In this document: one piece after another, positions 49,105-61,640 of the stretch
Numbering within the stretch: the stretch's first letter is position 1
How the letters are laid out: every line of letters begins with the position of its first letter
DNA from: Octopus bimaculoides
Lineage: Eukaryota
NCBI RefSeq assembly: GCF_001194135.2
Contig: NC_068981.1
Location: 38,231,727 to 38,295,726 of the forward strand
DNA: 64,000 bases
Reading direction: 5' to 3'
Notes under the pieces: model-generated
What the model was told of the DNA's origin: nothing
Seen by the model: the letters and a program-made list of their open reading frames with translations, nothing else
The model's database searches: none
Program-made: the position numbers and the translations under genes

Positions 49105-49263
49105 CATCATCATCATCATCATCATCGTTTAACGTCCGCTTTCCATGCAAGCATGGGTTGGACGATTTGACTGAGGACTGGTGAAACCGGATGGCAACAC
49201 CAGGCTCCAGTCTGATTTGGCAGAGTTTCTACAGCTGGATGCCCTTCCTAACGCCAACCACTC
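49105..49263 (-). mobile_element. Young RTE 3' tail
   Basis: One visible substitution (GCAAGC versus GCTAGC) relative to 10082-10238. Confidence 0.9.
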
Positions 49264-49647
49264 ATCAAGATAAACAGCACGTGACCTTGTAGGTGGGGTC
49301 CTTGCAGTTATAACATTAACACACTGTGTTGCTAAATCTGAGTTTACAGATGTGACACTTAGTAAATAAATTCTCTTAATTCTTTTCTAGCCATCATCGA
49401 TAAGCTAAACTTTAAAATGCCATGACATTTGTTGAATCAGAAAATGAAGAAGACAATGCAAATAAAAGGTGCTAACTATTTCAGCCAACTAAATCTACCT
49501 GAATCTAACCCAGATTAAATTTCACATATAATACCATTGTACTGAGGAAGTTCTTGAATTCACTACAACCATTTTACTATCTCTCAAAGTTAATTTGGTT
49601 AATCCTCCTCCATTGATGGGTAATTTTTATCACAAAGGTTTTCATGC

Positions 49648-50037
49648 ATTCATATGCTTCACATGTGAAGATTTAATTATCTGATTGTTTATCCATGTAA
49701 AATGATGTAATTTATAATGTCATTCACTTCCCCTAACATAATTAAACTGAAAAGATATTTCTATATAGAATGTGTATGGCAACTGACCAGTTGCATTCTT
49801 TGACATGGAAACTAGACCATTTGTTCCATTAGTGATTTAGTTTACAGTTCCTGGATGTAGACAACCAATCTGATTAGATTCACCCATTAATACAAAGAAA
49901 AACAATAAAAGTAATTTGCAAGATTATTAAATTAACTCATTTTAAAGACATATATATATATTAAAAATAGAAAGAAAAAATTTGGCAAGTTAACGTTATG
50001 AATGTAAAGAGAATTGGTAAGATTCAACTTTGTGTAG
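49648..50037 (+). repeat. Diverged direct repeat, copy 1 (pairs with 54058-54507)
   Basis: Colinear shared blocks: TTATCTGATT, TAATTTATAAT, TAATTAAACTGAAAA, TGTTCCATTA, CTGATTAGATT and TTCAACTTTGTGTAGTT. Confidence 0.8.
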
Positions 50038-50177
50038 TTCTATTTATAATAATCTTGTTTGTGAAATATGGCAGGGAATATAAAATCTAAATTGATTTGG
50101 ATATATGATGAAATACAGCAACAATAAATGCTAATAGACTGCTATAATTTTGTGCATACAACATTTTCAATACCTCA
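49986..50177 (+). repeat. 192-bp near-perfect direct repeat, copy 1
   Basis: Matches 51075-51266 with one visible mismatch (A/G). Confidence 0.95.
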
Positions 50178-50672
50178 GAAATATGAGCCAATGAGGAAAC
50201 GTCTATGTGGTTACTCAATCTGTTAGAAATAGCTGCTAAATCTCTTGCAAATCTCATATACCATCTTAAATAAAGGTGCATTGGGCAATTTAATCCCTGA
50301 CAAAAGTATATTAGAAGATGGGATGGTCACAGCTTGAATATATGTGATCAAAGCCTGCATAATAGAGGATAATTTAATAAAGGATGAGCTGAGATTAAAG
50401 AACATCAACAATAGCAATAAGTAGAATAAAAAAAGAAAAGACAATATGGGAAATTGAAGCAGAGAAGCATCATCAAAACATTATCAAAAATATGAACACT
50501 TTTTGTTGTGGTTCAATTTTTAGAGAAATATTTTAAGTTTCATATTATTATATTCATAGTAGCATGTATTCTCTCTTTAGGAAATGCATTGTTTTTTCAT
50601 ATTATTTCATATTAACAAATATATTTAAGAACATATGTAATGTGTTTTCACATGTAGCATAGCTTATGTATG

Positions 50673-50713
<41 letters not shown>

Positions 50714-51074
50714 TTCTATATTTGTTTAGTGTTTAGTTCTAATTATTCTTCAAGGATATTTTTTTGCTGCTTCCAATGACAAATATGCTTAAAATACAGA
50801 GATGATATTCAGTTTGAACAGGAAAAAATATTTTAAAATATAAAAAAAATTTATTGTTTTCTGTTTTCAGACTTTCAGCTTAAAAACACTACAGAGCAAA
50901 AATATATGCAACTTAAGTAGTATCTATATTAGCAACTGTAACATATCTTGCCACACTAAGAGTGGATTATTTGATTATATTAATTAGCTACTGACAATAT
51001 TGAAATAATTACCTGAGCAAAACAATATTATGTAATTGGCTTCAAGGTCTGCTCATGAAGCTAATTTGACAGAA

Positions 51075-51266
51075 CAAGTTAACGTTATGAATGTAAAGAG
51101 AATTGGTAAGATTCAACTTTGTGTAGTTCTATTTATAATAATCTTGTTTGTGAAATATGGCAGGGAATATAAAATCTAAATTGATTTGGATATATGATGA
51201 AATACAGCAACAATAAATGCTAATAGACTGCTATAATTTTGTGCATACAACATTTTCGATACCTCA
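51075..51266 (+). repeat. 192-bp near-perfect direct repeat, copy 2
   Basis: Matches 49986-50177 at an offset of 1089 bp. Confidence 0.95.
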
Positions 51267-52712
51267 TATACTTCCTATATGACTACACATGTACTGAGCT
51301 AATTCATATTTCACTGTAGGAATATACCAGATGTGCAAAAAACTGTTACAAGCGAAGATGTTTACTTTACTGAAGAGGAAAAAGATACGAAATTGGTGTA
51401 TTTGGTGTAGCATAGAATGAAATAGAGAAAAACATTTTTGGTAGAGTTTCTAGTTGAATAAGAACAAATGTACCAAGTATCTACAAAATCTAAACAGACT
51501 TTATTTTTGATAGTTATCAGTTTAAGGATCAAAGAGAACAAATGATAAAAATGGATGTGCAAAATAACCAGCAACCACAATACTTTTAATATTCAGTATT
51601 CATAAAACAGTTCAGTCAAGAAAATAAATAATTATAACGTTCACTGATTGATTTTGTATTTACTGTTATTTGGAAGTAGATATCACTAGCAGAATTGATT
51701 TTCAATGAGGGTATTATCTGGTAGTTTATATATTCTGATATAGTTTGTGCTTATCAATGATTAAATTCTCTTGTACCTCAGCAATTATGACTTTTTTTTC
51801 TGAAATGACATCACTCTACAAGATTCTGAACTTACATCCCACTTGAATTTTTTCTAAGTTGACTTTGAAATTTGGTTTCAAATACTGGGTAGGGCTATTT
51901 TGAATTGCATCACTAATATTGTTGATAAAAGTATGATGTCTTTTATCCTTCCCTAAAGTTAAGAGTAGTGTTCACTTTTGAGGATGAATAGAGAATTAAG
52001 AATCATGAATACCTGATACTTGAAAAAATTTTACTTGTTCTGATTAATTAAGATATTGCAAATATTTTATGGAACAAGCGAAATAAAAGAAAAGTGAGTA
52101 TTCACAGTTCTTTTGTATTTTTAGATGGCTCATAGTCTCTTCCATGATGTAAGACTGTTTCAATTTCAACTCAGTCTTAAATCAAGCCACTTGCCATACA
52201 TTTTATAACTCCATTATATATTTTTACTATTTATCAATTTTTAGTTTGTTCATAAAGCTTAAATGATATGTACTAGAACAACAGATTATTACTAATCTAA
52301 CAGAAGTTTACTTCTTACTGAAGTTTATGTGATAGCAATAAAAATATGCAAGAGATTTTGAAGTTTATTTCTGTATAACTTCCTTCAATATACCACAATA
52401 CATAGAGCAAATCATTGCATTTAAAACACATAAAAAGACTTCTTATTAATTCATGCAAATTATTTGTGGAACTGTCAAAATTTATTTAGTAAGCAAATAA
52501 GATATGCTAATTTGAAGTATTAAAGTCACACTTAACCAGTAATAGATATTATAAATGATCATTTCCTGTAATATCATAAAATTCTCAACAGATCTAAGTA
52601 TAATAAGTATATTATGTTTTCTATCCAATACTTTGGAATATACCACAATAAATGTAATAATAATCATAGAGTAAACTATGTGACTCGTATATTATGTGTA
52701 GTAAGTGAAGTG

Positions 52713-53927
52713 ATCATCAACATCATTGTTTCCAAGCTAGCATAAGTTGACCGGTTTGATAGAAGCTGGCATGCTGGAGGACTGCACCAGACACCAGTTT
52801 TGGCATGGTTTCTATAGTTGGATGCTCTTTCTAATGCCAACCACTTTACAGAGTGAGTGTACTGGGTACTTTTTTACATGGCACTAACTTGGTTGCTGTT
52901 TTACATGGCACTAGCATGGATGCTTCTTATGTGGCACTGGCATGTGTGCCCTTTATGTGATGTTAGCATAAGTGTTCTTTTTATGTCACCAGCACCTGTG
53001 GGACCGCCAAGTGGCTTGCAAGACAAGAAAGTCTCAGCTGAGAGAAGCAGTCATGTGCCAGGTGAGAGGTTGGAGTATGACAGAGGGTCAAGGCTATCTG
53101 ACAGAGGAAATACTTGGCTTCCCCAGTGGAACAAGAGAGCACAAAGATGTAGGACAGAGAGAAAGGGAGAGAGAAAGAAAGAGAGAGGGAGAGAGAGAGA
53201 GAGAATGGTGGAGACAGTCAGTGTGAGAAAAAGAGGGCCTACCCACAGGGAACATTGGGTAAGAGTATAAGTAGCACAGAGGTGATAGAGTAGATGTACC
53301 TTAAGAGTGTGAGGAGAAATATCTAGAGATAGGGAGTGATATTGAGAGGAACTGGAGGGGCCTGCAGTGGATGGTGGGGGTTGGAGGAGTTAGTTGTAGG
53401 GGATTTTTGCCAGAGGACAAAATTAAGTATGTGTGAGAAGTGGGTTATCGCCATAAAGGACATACATACCTGTATGTATGGATGGCTATGATTTTATTTA
53501 ACTTGACTGTATCTTTTCAAGAACACTTAATCATCAGAAGTCTTGCTCCCTTTTCATCTCCTCTGTGTGGCTCATTTTCTTAAAATCATTTCTTACCACT
53601 TTGTGCTACACCTCCCTGAGTCTACCCTTTCCACAGGTTCTCTCCACAGAGACCAGCACTTCTTTATGAAGTTGAACTCATCCATATGCATCACATGACC
53701 ATACCAGTGCAGTTTTCTCTCTTGCACACTACATCTGATGCCTCTAATACCCAATTTTTCTCTTAAATCATTTACACTCTGTTGTACATGCACACTGATA
53801 TTGACCATTCAGCAGAGAATGTTGGCTTCATTCCTTTCAAGCCTTTGCATGTCCTCTTTAGACACAGCACATGTTTCACTGCCATGTAGTATAGCTGTTC
53901 ATGCACAAGCATCATTCTATCAATCTG
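52713..53927 (-). mobile_element. Older 5'-truncated RTE LINE (ORF C-terminus and long 3' UTR)
   Basis: ILHGSETCAVSKEDMQRLERNEA...DLREKLGIRGIRCSVQERKLHWYGHVMHMDE, then a frameshifted GKGRLREV*HKVVRNDFK...VLEKIQSS*. UTR of about 780 nt ending in the shared tail. Confidence 0.85.
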
Positions 53928-54057
53928 AGAACTATTCACTTACTAAACTAGTGTGCTTGGGAAAGACACGAATAATCATTACACCCATTTTTCCTTGTCT
54001 GGAAATAAATTTAGTTAATCCTTTGATTGATAATTTTTAATACAAAGGGATACACAA

Positions 54058-54507
54058 ATTCATATGTTTTTCTTATGAAGATTTCATTATCTGATTATTT
54101 ATTCATATAAAATATTGTAATTTATAATATTACTCCCCTTCGGTATCTTGGGTATCTAAATGAGAGTATTTATGCTAATGTAATTAAACTGAAAATAGAT
54201 TTTAGGATATTTTTATAACGAATTTGTTTGACAAGTGCATAGCTGCATTCTTAACATAGAAAATAGACCACTTGTTCCATTACTGATTTAAGTTTACAAT
54301 TCCTGGACATGGTTAACCAAACTGATTAGATTTACACAAAAATACACAGGAAAAGTAAGGAAAATAATTTTCAAGTTTATTAAATTAATTAACAGAATGT
54401 AATCTTTTTTGTTAAAAATACAAATAATACGATGAAAATAAAGAAAAATTGGCAAATTACTGTTATGACTGCAAAGGATATTGGTTAAATTCAACTTTGT
54501 GTAGTTT
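54058..54507 (+). repeat. Diverged direct repeat, copy 2 (pairs with 49648-50037)
   Basis: Colinear with 49648-50037, with indels. Confidence 0.8.
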
Positions 54508-55736
54508 TCCTGCTTTGTATTATATTTCTCAAGAAGCCGATACTATAAAACAAGTTTCTTACAACTAGGTACAACTCCCCAAACTTTGATTTGACTCTGG
54601 TAATAATTTCACAACTTTTAATAGATGAAGTTGTTAAATAAAACTATTTTGTAGAAATAGAAGCTACATTTTGGTCATACTTCTTCTATCGATTCATTTT
54701 TACCAAGCACAACTTAGTTTATTATAGCAATTTATTTTATGTTTTCTTTTTAAACATTCTTTGAAATTTCCACATACACAACACTGATAAAGCATGTTAC
54801 AGTATGACGTATTTGAAAAAATAGACTTTTTATTTGAAATTCATTTCCGTATATTAGGAAATGTAATCAAAATAAGCCTATATTGGAATGATATAAAGCA
54901 AGATGTTCCTTGTAATGGAAAAATAAAATGTATTATTTAACTTGTTCTTTCCATTTTGTGTTTCATTCTTTACTGTTTATTGTTGTAACATATTTAGCAA
55001 CATTTTCTGCAATACTATGAACCAGCCACAATAAAAATTTAACAATTAAATTAGTTTCTCAACCTAATATTTCATTTCTGTAGGTGTGTTTATATATGTA
55101 GGATATATTTTATGTCTGTTTGTGTTTTCCTTGTAATGTTTAAATGAACAAAATTAATTCAGCTTCCGGACAAGATTTCTTTGTTTTTCTTTTTATTCTG
55201 AGCAGAAAGTAAAAACTGCACATAATTATCTTACAAAGATAGACAGGCAATGTTAAAGTTTTGATTTAATATTAAATACAATATCAACAAATAAGAATCC
55301 TACAAGCAAGAAATAAGTTTAACAGAGTTAAAAATCTTAAGGGTAAAATGAGAAAACTTAATGAGAACTCACTTGATTAAATACTAACAAAATGATAATG
55401 AAAGCCACTAGTTGTACATGTGTAGCACCAGTATTGACCACGACAATCAATACAAGAATATTTCTTATCAAATGCTTTCAGCTTCAGGTTTGAAAAAATA
55501 ATCATAATGTAAGATTATATTATTGAACTGTCAACATCATATTATATTCTGAAATATAAACTTCTTATCTCTAAAAAAACTGATTATCCAATTTAGGATA
55601 ACTATATTTTATTTGATAATCTTAAGGCTATGTGTACTAAAAAAGCCAATAAAAATTCTAAGACTAAGAAAAATATTAATATATATATGTGTGTGTGTGT
55701 ATGTGTACATGTATGTGTATGCGTACATGCATACAT

Positions 55737-55769
<33 letters not shown>

Positions 55770-56403
55770 NNNNNNNNNNNNNNNNNNNNNNNNNNNNNNN
55801 NNNNNNNNNNNNNNNNNNNNNNNNNNNNNNNNNNNNNNNNNNNNNNNNNNNNNNNNNNNNNNNNNNNNNNNNNNNNNNNNNNNNNNNNNNNNNNNNNNNN
55901 NNNNNNNNNNNNNNNNNNNNNNNNNNNNNNNNNNNNNNNNNNNNNNNNNNNNNNNNNNNNNNNNNNNNNNNNNNNNNNNNNNNNNNNNNNNNNNNNNNNN
56001 NNNNNNNNNNNNNNNNNNNNNNNNNNNNNNNNNNNNNNNNNNNNNNNNNNNNNNNNNNNNNNNNNNNNNNNNNNNNNNNNNNNNNNNNNNNNNNNNNNNN
56101 NNNNNNNNNNNNNNNNNNNNNNNNNNNNNNNNNNNNNNNNNNNNNNNNNNNNNNNNNNNNNNNNNNNNNNNNNNNNNNNNNNNNNNNNNNNNNNNNNNNN
56201 NNNNNNNNNNNNNNNNNNNNNNNNNNNNNNNNNNNNNNNNNNNNNNNNNNNNNNNNNNNNNNNNNNNNNNNNNNNNNNNNNNNNNNNNNNNNNNNNNNNN
56301 NNNNNNNNNNNNNNNNNNNNNNNNNNNNNNNNNNNNNNNNNNNNNNNNNNNNNNNNNNNNNNNNNNNNNNNNNNNNNNNNNNNNNNNNNNNNNNNNNNNN
56401 NNN

Positions 56404-57326
56404 TAGATAATGGTTGGAAAAATAAGGATGCATGAAAATTGAGAGTTGTGTTAGGTTTAAAAAAAGAGAAAAGGGGCTAAAAGTTTGTGTTAAGCAGGAA
56501 GTGTGATGTCAAAACAGGAAGTGTGTGTAAGGGGAGACAAATCTTTTTAGTTAGAGCTATGAACTCTTTTTCAACAGGAAGTTTATGTCTGTTCCTAGAG
56601 AAATAAGGTCACTGAGGGGTTTGTGTCTTAAGAAATGGTTGGAATTTCTCTATGAAAAGATTCTCCTTGTTGATTCTTTCTTGTGTGGAGATTCTGTCTT
56701 TACATTGATAGAAAGGGAATATAAGGAATTTAGGGTTTTTGTTTCTGGCGCAAGAGTCTATTTGGCCACTGAATGGAATTTGGCGGTATTGAGGGAGATT
56801 TATTTGTTCTTTATGGACTGCTACTCTTCTACGCAACGGGAGGCTCATCTGTCCGATATAGAAGTGTTGGCAACCTGCGCATGTGAGGACATAAATGAGG
56901 TTCCCAAAGGAACAAGAAAAATTGGTTTTGATTTTAAACTTTGTTCCTCGTTTGAAGGTAAAGTCAGAGCCTTCAAGTAGGTAGGGGCATATACCACAAT
57001 TAGGGCGTGCACATTTTTTAACTGATGGGGGTGGAAGTGGTGTACGTAGTTTGGCAGTGGTTAAGAGTTTTTTCAAAGATTTGTGTTGCCTTTTGCATTT
57101 AAGGACTTTGTGTGTATTGATGATATTGTTCATTTTCGGGTCTGTGGTGAGTAAGGGGAGGTTTTGTTTGATTGTGGTGTATGCTTCGATGTTTTGGGGG
57201 TTGTAGGTGGAGATATATGGAAGTATTTTGGGGTTGGGTGTGTTATTGTGTTGGTTGGTTTTTAGTGTGTTTTTATCAAGTTCCTTGGCACGTTTTATTC
57301 CAAAATCTATGAGTGTGGAGGGTTAG
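56404..57326 (-). mobile_element. 5'-truncated PLE (Neptune-like) with an open GIY-YIG endonuclease frame
   Basis: Frame open from 57322 to 56609 (238 codons including stop). Cys motif CARPNCGIC, NLIYVLTCAGC, YIGQ, LRRR...H and a conserved E in KENLFI. The 3' UTR runs into an N gap. Confidence 0.9.
56609..57322 (-). CDS. PLE linker and GIY-YIG endonuclease (transposon-encoded, truncated ORF)
   Basis: ORF-track 56609..57133 extends upstream without a stop to 57322 (TLIDFGIKRAKELDK...ILPYISTYNP). Confidence 0.7.
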   Translation of the reverse strand, partial: PSTLIDFGIKRAKELDKNTLKTNQHNNTPNPKILPYISTYNPQNIEAYTTIKQNLPLLTTDPKMNNIINTHKVLKCKRQHKSLKKLLTTAKLRTPLPPPSVKKCARPNCGICPYLLEGSDFTFKRGTKFKIKTNFSCSFGNLIYVLTCAGCQHFYIGQMSLPLRRRVAVHKEQINLPQYRQIPFSGQIDSCARNKNPKFLIFPFYQCKDRISTQERINKENLFIEKFQPFLKTQTPQ

Positions 57327-57549
57327 ATAAACACATATTATTGAGGCATTATTTTTGCTGTTAAATTCTTTTCCTGCAACCAACTCTCACATGTGTCTTC
57401 TTTCTTTTTTAAATAAGTGTGTTATCATTCCATGTAGTAGCAGAGTAGGTAATTTGTTGATAAGGAAACTACAACAAATATCACCATCTGTTGCTCAGTC
57501 AGTTTTTCAGACCTTCACAAAGACATTAACACACACACACATATATATA

Positions 57550-57797
57550 CAGGGTGTGCAAAAGTAGGCATATAGTTATGAAAAAAGAAAACATGTACAA
57601 TACATATTTATTTTTATCAAAAAATTAAAAGTTAATATAAAAGTATTATTACAGTTATGATAAATATATTATTATGATTAATGACACTGAAAATATCAAA
57701 AATGAGTCTTACTAATATAATGTGCTAATAATTTTAATGAATTAAGTATTATAACATTGATGCGATACTTGCTGTATACCTACTTTTTTACCCCCTG
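57550..57797. mobile_element. Tc1/mariner-type MITE (248 bp)
   Basis: Left end CAGGGTGTGCAAAAGTAGGCATATAG versus right-end reverse complement CAGGGGGTAAAAAAGTAGGTATACAG (21/26). TA on the left, CA on the right. AT-rich non-coding interior. Confidence 0.75.
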
Positions 57798-57814
57798 CAT
57801 ATACATTTATGGAA

Positions 57815-58010
57815 AGTTTGTAGAGTTTCTATCATCTAAATTCACTCACAAAGCATTGATCAACCTAGGGTTAGAGAAGAAGACATTTTGCCCAGGGTAA
57901 CACATGGTTAGGCAGTGAAATGAACATAAAACTGCATAATGCATGGAGTAAACTTTTAACCACACAGCCAATCCCTCTGCCTATTTGTGTGTGTGTGTGC
58001 GTGTGTGGAC
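57815..58010 (-). mobile_element. SINE family D, decayed 5' part
   Basis: GAAAGTTTGTAGAGTTTCTATCATCTAAATTCACTCACAAAGC...AGAAGACATTTTGCCCAGGG resembles 8790-8940. Confidence 0.6.
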
Positions 58011-58138
58011 ACATAGATATTTCATTAATCATCATCACATCACCATCATTTAATGTCCATTTTATGATTCTGAAGTGTTGATGTTGATAATGACTCATGG
58101 TATACATATATATTCTATCTATCTATCTATTTGTAATA

Positions 58139-58178
<40 letters not shown>

Positions 58179-58907
58179 AATGTGTGTGTATACAGATACA
58201 CACATGCATACACACATACATATACACATGCACTAAAATAGCAAAAAAATATGGTTACTCTCTACTGAAAGGAAAATCTCAAGGAACTGAGATTAAACTA
58301 GATTAAGTTTGCTAACCTGATTACAATCATGTAATCAGAACTAAGATAATTCATCAGAAGAGAACATAGCAGAGAATGGATAGAACATACCTAGATTCCA
58401 CTCAGCATCATAAATGGCTAAATGCTGTGTAACAGTATATGCAACATGGTTCAAGAATAACCATCTGTTCAGCTTTGCTTGGAGATAAATTTACTGCATT
58501 AAATCTGCAAAGAGAAAGTTGACAGTCATCTGTCACTGATTAGATCAGCTTAAATTAATATTAGTCACTCTAATAATGTTATTTTTCTCCTCGTCACATA
58601 AGTATTAATACTCAGTTAGATATTTATCTCTTGTTACATTAAACATGATGGTCAACACATGCATGTGGCATTCCTGAGTAATTTCCCTGAGTCATTATCA
58701 TTGGTGTAACTCACATTAGATTTTTTGCAAACAGCCACTTTTTATTTTAGGTGATTCAACACTTCAAAAACATTCTCATAATTAAACCACTCCTAATTTT
58801 TTATCAATATTCATGTCAGATTTTGTTTACATATATTTGAGCATCATTCAATATATGAGTCTATATATCCCATTGCCACCCTCCTCACTCCTCCTCTCTC
58901 GCTGCCC

Positions 58908-58910
<3 letters not shown>

Positions 58911-58954
<44 letters not shown>
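58911..58954. repeat. (CT)n microsatellite
   Basis: Direct inspection. Confidence 0.95.
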
Positions 58955-58963
<9 letters not shown>

Positions 58964-61329
58964 ATTTCTCTCAGTTGTGTTTCTTTGTTTTATAAAGAAA
59001 ATATCTTAGCCTCCTTGATGGTTGATAAGTTAGTGCTAACATATTTAACAATGGAAAAAATGCTAAATAGTAACATGAGGAAAAGTGATATTGGTCCTTG
59101 ACTAATATTAAATTCCTTTTTTTACCACTTTACAGATTTATTCTGACTTCATTGGCAAAGCATAACTTTCACTAAACTTATTGGATCAGTAATTATAGAT
59201 TCAGTCAATAGACTATTGGTGTAATAAAATGGAATTGTTTAAAAATGAAATAAATTAGAGTTGCTACCTGCATATAAATAACAATAAGCAATTTGTTTTT
59301 GACATATTTAATGCATATTAATCAACTGATATAATATTCTGAGCCTCAAGTCAATAGAATTGTTACCTAACACTTGAATTCTGCTCCAACAGTCTCTAGA
59401 GATCACAGTAGTCAACCAAAAATAGATTGAAGAAAAGAAAGTATTATACCAATATAACAAAAAACAAGTTAAAAGTCGTTGGATGTCATTTACAGAAAAT
59501 AGAAAATATCAACAGGTAACAGAACAAGCTAAAGAAGAAAAACATTGCACCATAAACAGACAAGATTACATATTATACACAACACATTATTTATAATCTG
59601 GGCAATTACATATAATTTATTTCATAATTCTTATGTTACATCCTATTGTAAAGTCTCTAAATACAAATCCCTTGTAGCAAAGGTTTTTTTTTTTCCATCA
59701 TGTGTTTCTTTCATTGATTATTTAAAGTTAAATGGCCTATTTTTATAATAGGAAAAAAATTTACAACAAAAGTAACTTTGTCATTTTGTCTTTTGGCATT
59801 CAACAAGCAACAGAATACTTTGTTTCTAGAATGAACAATGTAACATTTACATTACCCATTTAAAAAAATATATATATATTTTATTTATTTTGAATTTTGG
59901 ATTTAATTCCTGCTGTTTTGTTGCAAAACTATAATACATATGATTTATAATATCTATTACTATAATATGAACATTTGGACTATTACTAAAACATGATAAC
60001 TTTATCTGCATCAACATCGGTTTTAATAACATGAGAGAACAATTTTCAATCGCTCAAATTGTAATAACATTTTTAGTGATATAAAATGTTATATTCTATA
60101 TTTCTGCGACACCAATTCTAACATTTGGCAGAGTTTTTAATGATATAAAAAACATATTTTGTTTCAGCAGCAAAATATAAATCTTCTACTTTTCATGTTT
60201 GTATTGATTTATTGGTTTATTACATAGATATATCAATCAATCATATTTGCATAAAAGATTACAGAGGAGTTTTATGCTCCCTACCATATGTTTACTACCA
60301 TTGCTATTTCTCTTTATCAAACAATGTTGCTTTGGGCTATTTCATTCATTCATACCATTTCTATTTCCTCTTCACAACGTTTCATTAGTATCCTGAATTC
60401 ACTTGTCTAAGCTTTCATCTTATTCTTGAACTCACTGGTTTTAGCTAATAGACTCCTTTCTTTATGCACTAAAATTTTCGTAGTAAAATAATTTGAGGTA
60501 ATTTCGAAAATTAACAAAAACATCAAGGACAAAATATTCTCAACATTTATTATAATATAGTTAGAATATTTGCCAGTTTTTTTTAAAATCAATAATTTAA
60601 AAATTCTAACAAAAGTTTATTTGCAGAAGAATATGATTTGATGAAGTCAAAAACAAAATAAACATTTATATTTTTATATCTTTATTTGAAAATTTATAGA
60701 ATAATGTTTATCCATTTCCAATTTTTCATACTCAGAATCAAAGTTGCAATGCGACCCCATGGATGTATTCATTTAATAAACTGAGAACATTTACTGGCTG
60801 AATGCACAAACATGGTTCACTACACTTGTCACTTAAAACATTTTTCTGTCAACAACTACATGAGCCCATAGTCAGTATCTCTAGATTAATGACAGTTTCA
60901 AGATTCCTATGAAGACAAGGTGATAGCAAAAGAATTTAGAATCTAGAATGCTAATTGGTTATTCAAACTTCGAGGAAATATTTAGAATAAATGATTGATG
61001 CTGCTGGGAATGTAAATGTGAAAGAATCAAAAACAGAGTAACAAGAACACACAATTACTAATGATTGAAATAAGTTTGGTCTAAATTCGTCTAAATCTGT
61101 CAGATTTAAGTTAATATTTCTGGTGAAGGACAATGATTTCATTTGGAAGAAAATCCTGCCATCAAATAATATATTGCACAAAATGTCTCCTGATACAAAA
61201 TGCCCACTTCTACGCTCTTTTTGACAGTAATATAGCTTTGGGCTTCTGGATTATAATAAATTGATTAGTGTAGCCATTATATATTTTATACAAAAATCCT
61301 TCATGCTGTTTCTATGTTGCTACTTTATA

Positions 61330-61640
61330 GATGTAGCATGGCTAAAATGGCTACGAAGTTAAATTCAAAATCATAAGGTATCATGTTCAATCTGGCTATC
61401 TGGCATTTTGGGCATCTCTTATCATAGATCTTTGACTGAAAATAGGCATCCAAAACTGTCAAAAGCCTAAAGTTGGGTTGTACTTCTAATTCAGAGATGC
61501 AACCTTGTCACATGGTATATCATACTGATTTCTTTCTGAGGATTAAGTTAAGAGACATGTATCTGTGGAATATAATACATTAATCCATTAAGCAGGTACT
61601 TGATCAATCAACTGAATACTCATTGTTGGAACTGTTGATG
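61330..61640 (+). mobile_element. Decayed SINE related to family B
   Basis: CCTTGTCACA...GTTAAGAGACATGTATCTGTGGA...CATTAAT...AGCAGG...TTGATCAATCAACTG is colinear with the reverse complement of 5720-5880. Confidence 0.55.

Noticed and set aside
2196-56435. Long ORFs in the track containing X runs (e.g. 2427..2897, 8686..9516, 36220..36699, 55609..56433)
   Set aside because: They are open only because they cross N gaps and (TA)n or (TG)n tracts.
56585-56980. 131-aa plus-strand ORF
   Set aside because: It is the antisense shadow of the GIY-YIG frame.
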